Assembly: GCA_000934665.2 (NCBI GenBank)
Contig: JYFJ02002469.1
Location: forward strand, 1-56,436
DNA from: Catajapyx aquilonaris
Taxonomy: Eukaryota
Direction of reading: 5' to 3'
DNA: 56,436 nt
Under the pieces are notes generated by a model that was not told the DNA's origin, did not search any database, and was given only the letters and a program-made list of their open reading frames with translations. Position 1 is the stretch's first letter, and the number at the start of each line of letters is the position of its first letter. This document shows positions 11,874 through 24,787 of this stretch, one piece after another. Both the position numbers and the translations under genes were made by a program.

Positions 11874-14800
11874 TTTGATCTGTGTTGGGGAAACCTGGTT
11901 ACCAAAAGGGAGTGTGAAAGAGGTCGAGTGACAAGCTGCAGTTTATCAGATGGCTTTTAGCTTTTCTAATGCTGGGACCATGCCCAAGTTGTTTCAGCTG
12001 TTTTTAAGTGGAGCTATCACTGTCTGACTAGAAAGGTGTACAATACGGGGGCCCCTTTGTTCTTTTGGGTCAGTCTAGGTGCCATTACTGTCATGCATTT
12101 ACACTAATGACAGGCTCCCCTTGCATGTCTGAACCAATTGCAAAAAAGGTCACCCAGTTTTTATTCCTTGTTTTTATTCCCTACATCTTGGTGCATTAAG
12201 TTTTTAGATCCAACCAGTTGGGTCACCAACTTCTTTTTGCATTTCTTTGCAACTTAAGAGCATTCCACATAAGGTATGTGACAGTCACAACTGTTTTGGT
12301 TTGCAAAAACATTTACAAGACACCAAAGCAGCTCTTTAAGACAAAACAGGGTCCATCACGTTTAATATACCTTCAACAATGCCACAAAATTTTCTCAGAT
12401 TATTATTTTTCTTGAAAAATATTGTTTGTAGAACGATATAATAGGCTATATACGAGTGGTGTGTTGTACCTGTTTATGCATTGTTAATAGTATGCTGTGC
12501 TCTGGATAATGATGAAGTGCACATGTGACATGTTTCTGGATGGATTTGAAAAATTTGGCCAGATCAAAAATCAAGACATAAAATTTTGTACGTCCATTTT
12601 TACAACTCGAGCCTGCTGCAACTGTGGTGCTCTTTTGCACATAATTGCTTAGATGTAGAATCCAGCTTGATAGATTGCTCACTCAAGCCTTATCACTTTT
12701 CTCGTCGTGACTTGTAGACAGTTGGGAAAAGTATGTATTTTCCAGCACGCAAACTGTGGCTTGCACACACACTGCACGAGACTAACTCAGGTGGAGGTGG
12801 TGGTGGTCGAGGCAGGAGAATTACAAATGTGAAGTAGCTGCATGCGTTCTTAATTTATTCAGATAATAATTTATCAGTGCAGACTTTCTGCTGGTGCTGT
12901 GTTGTTGAAAGAATGTTACCATATGAAGAATGATTTATATTGGGTCATTTTCTTTAAAAGTAGTAGGTGTGCTATAATATTTCACGTCCCTTCAAAAATT
13001 TCTCCAGAAATGACACAAACTGTAAAGCTAGGTGCTTCTAGTATTGTGGTGCATTATCGATGGGGAAGGGACTGTGGGTGTGCGTATTGTGTATAATCGG
13101 CCAGACATTATAAATTTGTGAAAGTGTGTTGATGTACAGTGTGTGAGAAATCCAAATCTATGTTACTAATGCATGTTCCTGATATGCCACATAATTATTT
13201 CCAAAATATGACAATTTTAATTTGTAATTGTGTGACTTGAAACTTTTGCTTTGCAGAGTTTGGCACATTGGCTTTCCTTGATTTGCATTAGCTAAATGTA
13301 ACATGGCATGCTGCACTAATGCAATGTTTTATTGTTTTCTGCCGTATGATACAATGGAAATTGCTAATTTTTAAAGTATTTTGGTTCTGAGGTATGCTGT
13401 CAATACTTAAAATATGCATTGTCAGGACTTCATAGAATAGCCATTTTAGTGGTGAATGGAATAAGATTTAATATGTACCTGTGAGGAATTCTTCCACGTT
13501 TGTTATGTTAATCAATTATGTGAAGGAAAACATTTGTTCAATATTGGCAGTTATTGAAGAAAGAGTTAAAGTTATGAGGGGTACTCTCTTTTTGTCGTAA
13601 AGAAAATGACCCAATACATGTTTATGTGCCATAATCAGTGATGCAAAGATCTTAATTATATACAACGCATAAGAACTTATTAACGACATGAATCAATGTC
13701 AAACTCAGTGTATATTTCCTTCAATTCCTTTATTGTGACCATTTATTTACATTGCTGTAATGTAATTTAAATTCAGTGTATTATATCAACACAACCAGAA
13801 TTATGTTAGGATTGTCTGTACATATCTCAAGAAGGACCAAAGTGCTTCAAATAATGCAACTCTCTTTTGCAACTACAAATGTTCATATGATGTACACATG
13901 ATATATTTAATGCTGTCAAATAGTTATGGTACAGTATATGCAGATAATGAGGAGATAACTATTTTTAAACTTGATCCACAGCATTTTAAAAATACTAGTC
14001 AATTTCAGGCATTTTCTATTGCTCAACAGCATAGTTGGCAACAATATTATTTTGATCTCCACAAAAAGCTTTTACTAATAAGAGAGTTACATTGAAACGT
14101 GTGGCTCTTATCTTGGTTAAAAAGCTTTGATTATATATAAAGCTGAAGTGGTAAACGCCAGTACACCAGTAAAAACACTGCAATATATATGCATCGTATA
14201 ATTAATGTGAAGGCTGATAAAAATATGTCTGTGATTTGTTCAATAAAATATGTATGTTTTATTCGTCCACCACATGCATAGTAATTTGAATGTTGCGTGT
14301 TTACCCTGTCATGCCTTTGTGCTGCTGGTGTTTGGTATACAAACTAACTGCATTGGAATATTGACGGTAAAGGATCAGAAGGGTGCATCAATCACTTTGG
14401 ATGGCAGCTGTTTTGTGAAACCCAGAATGCTCCCAGGAGGGAGCCCTACTGAATTTCCAATGTGGAACTTCCCAGCACTCCTTTTGTCATTCTGTGTTTT
14501 GACATGCAGCTCCTGGTACAGAGCCATTTTTATTGATGATATGCCCTCTCGAATCATTTACCTTTGATATAAATCGCCTATTAACATATTTTGCTAGAGA
14601 TGATTGCAGATTTCTCATCTCATGCCTTTTGCTTTATCAGTGTAATCTCCTGCGGCTGCTCATCCAAGTTCATAAGTTATGCTTAAAAGATATTTTTTGC
14701 ATTCAGGCAGCTCTTACCACAAGGGAGTTTAGCTTGAACTATTTTGACATTATGTATAATGATTGGATCTATAACTTAATTAATCCTCTAACTGCCATAA

Positions 14801-16559
14801 AGTCTGGCTATGACCTTCTAACTTGGCTTGGAAGCTCACAGTCACTGCTCATGAGTGGATGTCAAGGGAGGTTGCACAGAAAACGCTTGGGCCTATTACA
14901 GGCGTAGCAGTGGCAGTGGTAAGGTTCCTTTTTACTGTGGGAGTTGTCCATCAGTTGTGTTGCACTGTGTGTGCTACACAGTAGAGTACCGCTGCCTACC
15001 ACAATTGCTGTCACTCATGCTGTTAAGCAGTGCGAACATGATCCGTGGACAACTCTCAGCGCACAAGTTCTTCCTTGCTAACCATTGCACTCTTTTTTTA
15101 AATTTTGCAGGAATCAGGATGAAGAAATGCACGAACGTAATTCAAAGATTCTCAATGGCATTAAGGAAAAGCACCAAGCAGAGGTCAAGATCTGAACAAA
15201 TGTTTCATCAGTATGCAAGGCAGTTGTACTTGTTAACTCGCATCCAACTTCTGCATGGATGCATTTTATTGCAAATCCGAGGGGCACCTGAGAAGTAATG
15301 CATCTTGGTTTTGGCTTATGTATACCGTACTGTCTTATATGTGATGGAGGTAAGGCATTCCTCCTCAGTTCACCCAGAGCATGCCAGAATCAAGTCATGT
15401 AAGCCGTGGAGAAAAGTTGTGTTAGTCTTAACTTACTACATTTGTGACTGAGGATTTACTCTCAGTTTCAGAACCACTTGCAAGAACAAAAAGCTTTGAT
15501 TATGTTGCATTGTGTATTGTGAATACCTGATAGTAATTAGAGATCTCCTGAATGCCGTTCTGTGTTGGGATGCACTGGGTAAACTGAGGTAAAATGCGGT
15601 GAGCATTACTTTCAATTCAAGATAGCAGGTGAAATGTGTAGTTTGTATGTTATAATTTTATTGTAAGACTTGAGAGACTGGTTCTGATCAAGATGAAACC
15701 CATATTTTTCGTGCATTTACATTCCTCTGGATATGAACCCGAAGCATTAACTTTTCAGAATGCCTTTCTATGCTTTATTCACAGATATGTCTATTTTTGT
15801 TGTTCCAATGGCTATTGTACACTTTTCTTGATTTTCTCTTTGTAGTTCTTGATACAAGTATACAGTTTCATACAAAAGTGGCATTGATTTGAATGAATGT
15901 TTGACCCACTCAGGTTCTACATAGTAATAGATTGATGCAGGGTAGTGTGGATCTTACCTGAAGATATGTGCCTCCTGGTAATAGTAGAGTGATTCACTCA
16001 CTGTGCAACCCTGATTTTGTGAAATATCTCGGGAGCATGTGAATATTGCTAAGCGTTATGCATCGGAAGTGGTGCCTTACGATGCTTACATTATGAGAAT
16101 GAAGACGTATTATGGAAAACAGAAAATGTCTGTTACTGGCTCCCTGGGTGCATATGTATTTGCTGAAGAGCATGACCTGATATTACTGCACTGTCGCATT
16201 TTTGAGTGAATCACCCTACACCTCATGTTTAGTAAGCAAAGCTCATGTTTGACCATATGACAAAGTGGCACTTTTAAGGCTTTCATGTTCCCAATGTCCA
16301 TACAACCACATTGCTTTTTAGGGTCAGGCTGAGAAAATTACAGGAGGGTAATCATATGCAAGGCAGGGGCTTCGAGCCCCTCCCCTCAGTCCTTTTTTGT
16401 AAATTTTCACTTTTATGTCAAGACTATCCGGAGTGATAAATACTGTAAAGCATAATATTATTCTTTGAGCAAATTAATACCAAACTTATAGGCCTACAGA
16501 TCACAACTTTTGAGTGAATAGCTTATTCAAATGATTGCAAAAAAACAAAAAAAAACGTG

Positions 16560-16820
16560 AGCTATGAACACGCTATGAAATTCTGCTTTTGCCTCAAGAA
16601 GACAGCCAGTGAGTTGTACTCCACACTGACATAAGCATATGGAGAAGATATGTTCAAGGAGGACCCCAAATCCATCTGTATACAGGGCTCTACGGGAGAT
16701 CCTGCACCAGAGCTCAGATGCAGGTGGCCATCAACACGGCCTCATTCATCATATGTGTAAGGTTGACTGTCCTATCTGATTTGTTACAAGTATCTGTGGG
16801 TGGTGTGCACACAATGGGGT
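16560..16820 (+). mobile_element. Degenerate mariner transposase N-terminal (HTH) remnant
   Basis: Translates to HAMKFCFCLKKTASELYSTLT*AYGED...RCRWPST...LSDLLQVSVGGVHTM, matching the mariner pattern AIKFCF-LGKTATE-AYG..., RSGRPST, ISVGSVHTIL. Contains a stop and deletions. Confidence 0.7.
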
Positions 16821-18551
16821 CCTAGCTCCTAGCCTTGGTCTGGGATTTGGGATATTTGTACACAAATATAGCTCAACCGTACCTACATATAACCACTCAT
16901 TCCACCACTTTTAAGTACCAAAATGTAATCATTTGATAAATTATCGTGGGTTTAAAAGTCACTCAAATTGGTGGGAAAAAGGGGGTGTGGCATAATGGCT
17001 CTTTAATGTAGCTATGCATTTCACCTAGAACTGACACAGTTTCATAGTAACAACCTTAGACAGTGGTAACAACTAATTGTGTTACAATGAATGGATAGCA
17101 GCTATGAATTTGTAGCATTACTTACGTGGAAGTTAGGGAGGAACAAACAATCATTGCTGTTAGGGAAGGTGAGGAAACATGGAGCAACATGACCTAGATC
17201 CCAGTTAGTGAAGAAGCGAGCAGGACAGAAAAGGTTGGTAATAATAATTTAGATTAACTCAACAGTGCAAAACTGCTGGAATGATTTGTGGCATATGATA
17301 TGCCTCTTACGTCCATGGTTTAATGTTACTTTAATAAAATATGGAGAGGCACTTATTTAATTTCTGTGAATGCAAAACCTACCCGTTAACACCAGATATG
17401 GTTTTGTGTAATATTTTCAAAGGGAAAACATGTGATTCTCATTGGGTTTGAATTGCATTTTGAGGCATAATTAAGGTGGGGAAATATTTCCAAGTCGAGG
17501 AAGATTATTGCGTGAAGCTGATTAGTGATTAAGATAAAAAATTAAGGAATAAAATGTAGCAGTAGCTGCAGGGAAAGCCCTTCTATGCCATGTATGGAAA
17601 GCCATACTGCGGAGTGGACTACTTGGTACGACCTACTGTCCATAGCCTTACTGGCTAAAGTGATGCTTATTTCCTTTTTCTTCTTCTTAAAAACAGAACA
17701 GCCAATATGTCTGGGTAGATAAAGTCATCATGGAAAAGTAATAGTGGAGGCTTAGGTATTTGCTTGTACTGTGTGTCTATATAAATAGCTTTTGCACCTT
17801 TGGATGGAACTGACAGCTTCTTGTGCAATTTCCAGGAACATGTACTGTATATGTAAACTGCAACAGCAATGTCCCAAATTCCACTGACAGGGGGACAGGG
17901 ACAGGGGGGAGGGGAGATTTTTTTTTGGAAATTTTTAATCCATAGAGCAATGCCACGAAACAGTGATGCCGAATGTCCGTTCTGATGACCACAAGAGGTG
18001 ACCACTCGCCTACGTCACATTCATACTGATACCAGCCAACTGGGACTGCTACATTTGGCTAGGGGCATACGTGTTCACATATGGAGAGATATACTGTATA
18101 TCTATGTACTGTGCTCTGTCCAGTCTCATTACGAGTGATCCGACAGATGGATACCGATGTAGGCCCTCGCCCCAGACCAAAAACCTAATATTAGGGCCTT
18201 TCAGGTCAAAGGTCAGCCTGCAAAAAACCATTGAAAATGCCCTCCCATTAAAGCAGGTGTCTTAATAATTTCAAAAAAAATAATCTCTCCCACTCTTCCA
18301 CTCGTCAAAAACATAACAAAAAATGATAAGAAACTGCGTATGATCACAAATTATTCCGTCTGCAGTACACCACCACCCTCATGTACATTTACTTCTTATG
18401 CAAAGTTAACATAGTTATTTGTACAATTATGCCTACATGTTTTCTTTCTTGTGGGTGACCGCAAAAGGAAACCATGAAGGATGTGAATGATTACCTTGCT
18501 TCCATCTGGAAATGTTCTAGCAACGGATGTGTTGCACGATTGTTCTACTGC

Positions 18552-21500
18552 ATGTTGAAGTTGTGGACCAAGATGGTGTTGTTCGGTGTATGTTCTGCAG
18601 TGAGCCTTGTCTTCTTCCTAAGTTGGACAAAGGGTAAGGAATATTGTGTTACTTCTCCATTTGGGCTCACGGTGTTCCCCATCAGCTCACACTTGAACCT
18701 ACAGATTGTCAGGCAAGGAACAAACCGTACCATCCCAGGATATATCCACCAAATAGCCAGATAAACTTGATAGAAGATGACGTGTTTTTGATATGTCGCC
18801 ATACGAATCCCAACATCACGTGGTCCTATCCGCATATTATGGTATGGGAAAGGATGCAGGGTGTGACAATGCACACCATCGTATTTCAGCATCAATAGAT
18901 TTTCTTTTTAGGGTAGTGTTTCCTCAAGTCACGAGGTACTGACCGGTACGTACGATGTCACCAAGTACATGTACGTGTCGGTGCTGAAAGTCACGAAGAT
19001 AGATTACACTCATAGTGGCTATTATTACTGCTCGGATGTGGTCAACGGACTTGGAAACCAGATATATGTTCACGTTCAAGGTAAGGATGATGCCAATTCA
19101 CAATAATCGTTCCTCTCCTTACTTCATCCTTCCAATCACAATACAAGATCTGAAAATTTATATCTCTCAATCAGGTCCTGTGGACGCAGTCTTTTTCGAT
19201 GATGGCAAGGGTGACCGGGCAGTGTCTGCTTACCTGCACCAACGGTTTATTATACCGTGTCGATTAACTAACAATTTTTTCGTAATTTTTCTCTGGAAAT
19301 CTGTTCCTGATGGAGGGGACCCTCTTCTAGTTGCCCATTCAGTGAGTTACCCTTTTGCATTATGAGTAGGAAACATCATGACAAGTGTATCAGGAAACAT
19401 CGCCGGTTGATTTCATAAAAATATTATTAACTTAATAGCCTCTTGATCGTTTCAGGATGGATCTTCGCAAGGACCAATCAGATACGATCCACAAGTAGGA
19501 TTTGTTTTTCTGAATGCATTGCCCCAGCACAACGGCGATTATTTTTGTAGTGCTGATTGGTATGTAGAATGGCCGATAGTCTCTGGACCTGTTACTTCGT
19601 TATTCTCCTTTTCGATCAAAAGTAAGCTGGGTGCACTTAGGAGGAAACTTATTTTCATAATATTCTTGTGATTATATCAACCACATTTCCAGGTAATCGG
19701 CTGAACATTGCTCCGAGGACTTACATCACGGGGCCTTCCGATTCGACTATTCTGATTGGACACGACCTGATATTAACCTGTGAAGTGTTTTTGGATCACA
19801 ACGCGACTCTTAACCTTCGATGGGCTCTGCCTGAACTCACGCTCAAACGAAAGGTGAAAATTTTATTAGTCACTGATGACTACTTTGTCAATAACCCAGG
19901 TTGAATATAACAAACACTTAATTTGTTCGCGTTTTCAAATAGAGCCGCATAAGTCAAGTTACCAATATTACACGAAGACATGATGACCAACTCTTCTCAT
20001 ACACGTCCACATTGACAGTCGGAGATGTGAGCAAAGAGGACGAGGGACTGTACTACTGCATCAGCCAAATGAACGGGATGCACAACAAGCTGACTTCTCT
20101 CTACATAAATGTCATCGAAAGTCCGAATATTATTATTGCAATTCGCCAATTAAACGCGAATAACTACTTCACTAAAATTTTAATGTCTCATTACAGACAC
20201 ATCCTTAATATTGTTGTCGTCAGAAGCTGAGAGGAGAGAGGTATTTTCGATAACAGAGCTGGAACCACGATTGGAAGTCCAAGTTCTTACGTCGGATCAG
20301 AGCATCGAAGTAGCCTGGACACGAGACAAGCAAGTCCTCATCAACAGTCCCAAAATTCGCGTCTGCATGAAGGAGGACGAAAAAGGAATTTTGCATGATA
20401 CATGGTTAGAGTTTACCAATCTCAGCTTGAAAGACGCTGGGAATTACACCCTACTAGGTAGCGATTGGAATGTGATTCAAAACACAAATATCGAGATATA
20501 CGGTAAGTACACCATTGCCACCAATTCTGGCATTTTGGCCATACAAAATATTTTTTGTTCTAGTAGGAGTCCATATTGAAGGGATTGAGCGCTATTTTCC
20601 GTTCGGAATGGGACAAGTATTTTTTCAGTGTTACGGACTCCTGGACAACAATAAGACATCCAGCGCCACGAGGAATTTTGAATGGCATTTCATTCCATGT
20701 GCCCAAAGAGGATCCTACGAAGAGCAATCCCATTATGTGATGGAACATACGAAATACGAATAGTTCCCTTGAAATATCACTGTAAATATATGTTGTAATT
20801 TTCGCGCAGGTGATCGGTTCTTCAACATGCAGAGACGGGAATCTCGGTTGTTCCAATGCATCTCTCCTGATGCTACATTCAGGTACTCTTTCCTGCACAG
20901 CCGCCGATATCTCTACTTTCGATCGAAATATATACTCCACATATTCCGCCGAGATCATTGTCGTGAGTAGGTATCAGACATGAGCAATTTCGGCTACATG
21001 TGCCCTAACATTCATTTGTTCCTAGGAGGAAATGAACCTTTGTTTGTTGAGGTAGTAAGTGGCAAGAGAAAATTGCTTGCTGGCGACACACTGCAGATGA
21101 GCTGCTCTGCTAGCTCATACTTGTTCAGTCAAGAATCAGTTGCCTGGATGCATAATGGGCAACTAATCACAGTCAATGAGGCAACAGGTACACTGATTAT
21201 ATTTGTATTATTACTTGCACAATAAGAATAAGTATAGCGATTGGTACCGATTTACAGGAGTGGTCACTAGACCATGGGAAACAGAATTGAGCTATGACCT
21301 CGAATTAATTATTCAGCATGCACGCGAGGATCATTCGGGTTCTTACCGATGTGCCGCACAAGAAATTAGAAACCAGAATGAAGTTCCTTCGCTGTCAACC
21401 GTGGTTCAGGTTGAAGTAAAGAGTAAGTACTGGAATAAATTATGACTTTATTGTTATGGGGTATGGTGTGCATGTGGTAAAATGCATGTTTGGATAATGA

Positions 21501-23935
21501 GATTAAATATAATGTTAACTTTTTAAATACGGACAGAATCGTCTTCCCCTCGCATCATTTCTGCTGACCTAAACGGAGGCATCAAGGAAGTTGAACCAGG
21601 AACGGGTGTGGAGCTGGACTGTTCAGCAGAAGGATGGCTGGAACCGGACATTGCATGGTATAGGACTACAAATGCTGGAGAGGTCAGAGAAATATGTCGT
21701 GACCTTTCTGCCACACGCTGTTGCATCACTAACGCACATTGCAAAATTCCAGGTGATGGAAGAGGAGATGCTGAATGTGACTGGTAGTGGGGTGCTGAGA
21801 ATAGACCCTGTGAGGAAGTCTGATATAGGGAGATACATGTGCAGGGCAACGAACCAAGCGGGTCAAGCTGAGTCGTTTGTGGACATCGTATTCGAAGACT
21901 ACGGTTTGCATTAGATAGTTGCCTGTAGTATTTTAAAAAGATATTTATGAACCTGTTGACTGAAAAGTTATTGCATATGTTTCTCATAGTTATGTAGTAT
22001 AAAACTAAGGTACAGTATAAAGACAGGAGCAGTGCATTTCTGGCTGACCAATAGCATGTCTTATCATTTCCCAGGTCCTGGAATATCCAAGAGTGATTTG
22101 GCAATAGTGCTGGGATCTGGGGCTGTAATTGTCCTCAGTATCGCACTTTCTGGAATTATTTTGGGACGTTACATATATATTCAAAGGGTAATCACATCAT
22201 CATTTCTACATTCTCACTAACCGTAACTCTCATCGTGTTAAATGCAGAAACATCTGAGGGAACTGGCCTCTGACTTGGAATTAGTACATGGAAGCGAGAA
22301 CAGGATAGACCCAGATGTGCCCATAAATGACCAGCCAGAGAACCTGCCCTTTGACCCACAATGGGAGTTCAACCGACAGAGGGTCACACTTGGTAAGCAT
22401 ATTGGACAACACTGTTCGTGCATGTTCACCTGATTGAATGAAACTATCTCAGACAAGAAGGTGGGAAGCGGCCAGTTTGGAGTGGTGTACTTGGCCGAGG
22501 CTGTTGGCATTGATGGAAGCGACGGAGTGGTCAAGGTCGCTGCTAAGACCGTCAGGCCTCCGGCATCCATAGGTCAGATGAGGAGCCTGATTGCCGAGAT
22601 GAAGATGATGGCTCACGTGGGGAAGCACCTCAACGTGGTCAGCCTGCTCGGGGCATGCACCAAGAACCTAAGCAGCGGTGAGTGGTATTCTCCTGAGTGA
22701 CATGACCTCCACATTCAATGACCCTCCACAGGTTCCCTCCTGGTCCTGGTGGAGTACTGCAAGTACGGCAACATCTTGGACGTCCTGAGACGAAGGAGGG
22801 AAGACTTTGTGGACGAGATGGACCCAATCACGGGGATAGTGGACCGCAGAGGAGAAGCCCAGCTGGACCTGGAAGGAATAACCACCACCACCCACCTGAT
22901 ATCATGGTCACTCCAGGTGGCCAGGGGGATGGGTCATCTCGGGTCAAAAGGGGTATGTGACAACATCACACATAATGGTCAAATGGTTGACATGTCATCT
23001 TGTGCAGGTGGTCCATCGCGATCTGGCTGCCAGGAATGTCCTCCTCTGCTCAAACAACGTGGTCAAGATTTGTGACTTCGGACTGGCCAGAGATGAGTCT
23101 TATTATAAGGAGAAGAAGGGAGGAGGAGGACTGCTGCCTGTCAAGTGGATGGCCATCGAGTCCATCCGCGACCGAACATTCTCGACCATGTCCGATGTTT
23201 GGTCCTACGGGGTCCTACTCTGGGAAATGTTCACTCTCGGGGAGGATCCATATCCAGGTATGATGCAGTGCACGTGCGACTCGTTAGATGAAAAGTTTAC
23301 CGGTTGTTTAAATTATTTCCGGTCTAATTTGAGACTCATTTCGGAACAGCTATTTTGTCCATCCTATTTCAGGCATCTACATTCGAGATGTGTACCCTAT
23401 GATATTGGCTAACTACCGGATGTCAAAGCCTCAATTGCAACCGTTCTTTATGTAAGTATTCGCCTGTTCAATGCAACATGCAATGTTTTGAGTATGTTAC
23501 ATTCATCCTATTGAAATCACTCTTCCAGGTACGAGTTAATGAAGGATTGTTGGAACTCAAAACCTGAGAAGAGACCAACCTTTGACCATCTGGAAAGGGA
23601 AATATTCTCATTGTTGGAAGATAGAGTGAAGAGGGTATGTGTTACTGAAGAAGAAGAATTCATCTGAGAACTTTATCTAGCATTATAGTGACGTAATATT
23701 ACCATTGCAGTTTTACTTGGACCTGAATAGTAAGGCGAGTGACAAGCCATGGACACAATATACGAGGATGCAGTCATCCTGCAATGATCCACGACGTCCC
23801 AACGAGACACAGGTGTCACCAGATGACCTGATGGCATCAGGGTCAACAGATTCCTCCAACATGGAAGCAATGGAGATGAAGGAAATGAGGGGAAAACCAT
23901 GCAGTTCTCCGGAAACAAATGAAATGTCTTGGTAA
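18552..23935 (+). CDS. Pvr: PVR/VEGFR-like receptor tyrosine kinase, copy 1 (signal peptide, 7 Ig-like domains, TM, split kinase); appears intact
   Basis: About 22 short-intron exons splice in frame. Ig motifs (HSGYYYC, DEGLYYC, DAGNYTL in a domain 4 lacking the canonical Cys pair as in VEGFR, HSGSYRC, DIGRYMC), [103 protein letters not shown]. Symbol denotes family, not proven orthology. Confidence 0.88.
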
Positions 23936-24787
23936 CAACGGAGTCAAGCTATTCCCAGATAATAAAATATGCACCACCATAATACTGTCTATATTTCGAA
24001 AACGGCTTGAAATTGCTAAAAATGCACCACCTCATATGCATATTTCAATGACAATACATGTGACTCCGCCTCCGACCTGTATTTTAACCTATACAATGAG
24101 TTCAATTACTGATAGGTCACGTACTGTACTGCTGTTGGAAACTTCCATGCAGATATTACGCATTATCACTTTTGTCCGTTTTCCCTATATACACATCATT
24201 CTCGGATTTTTTTTTGAAACATAAACCGGATAAATTTGATTTATTTTTCACGTTTTTTGTTTCTTTAACAAAGTGACCACCCCCTCCCCTCTCGTTAAGG
24301 AAGGTGTCTTAAGACATGCAAAAGGTCATCTTCCCCCCTACTTCTCCTCCTCCTCCTTACTGTCCCTCCGACCATCTTATACAAGTTTTGCAATGCAAAA
24401 GATGTGTTGGGGAACATGCAAAGAAGTCGCCACCTTGGCCAGTGCTGACGGCTTCAAATACGCATTTTTTTCCAGCAGATCACAATCGAAGAAGCACCAG
24501 GATTTAATCCCAGAACCCTTCAATTGAGAGTCTGATGTGGTACCAACAGAGCTAACTATGTTGCAACGAGATCGTGGGTGTACCGACGGTCTAGCTTATT
24601 TACAACCGCAGTTCAAAGAGAAATAAATGTGAGATGAAGTAACAGCGAAAAAGAAGAAAAAAAACACGTATTGTGGGTGACCGCGAAAGGAAACCATGAA
24701 GGATGTGAATGATTATCTTGCTTCCATCTGGAAACGTTCTTGCATACAGCAACGAATGTATGTGTTACGACGATTGTTCTACTTTGC

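Noticed and set aside
14250..15298. Cluster of 100-147 aa ORFs and an exon-like piece at 15111 (NQDEEMHERNSKILNGIKEKHQAEVKI*)
   Set aside because: No consistent spliced model or recognisable domain; could be UTR, lncRNA or a relic.
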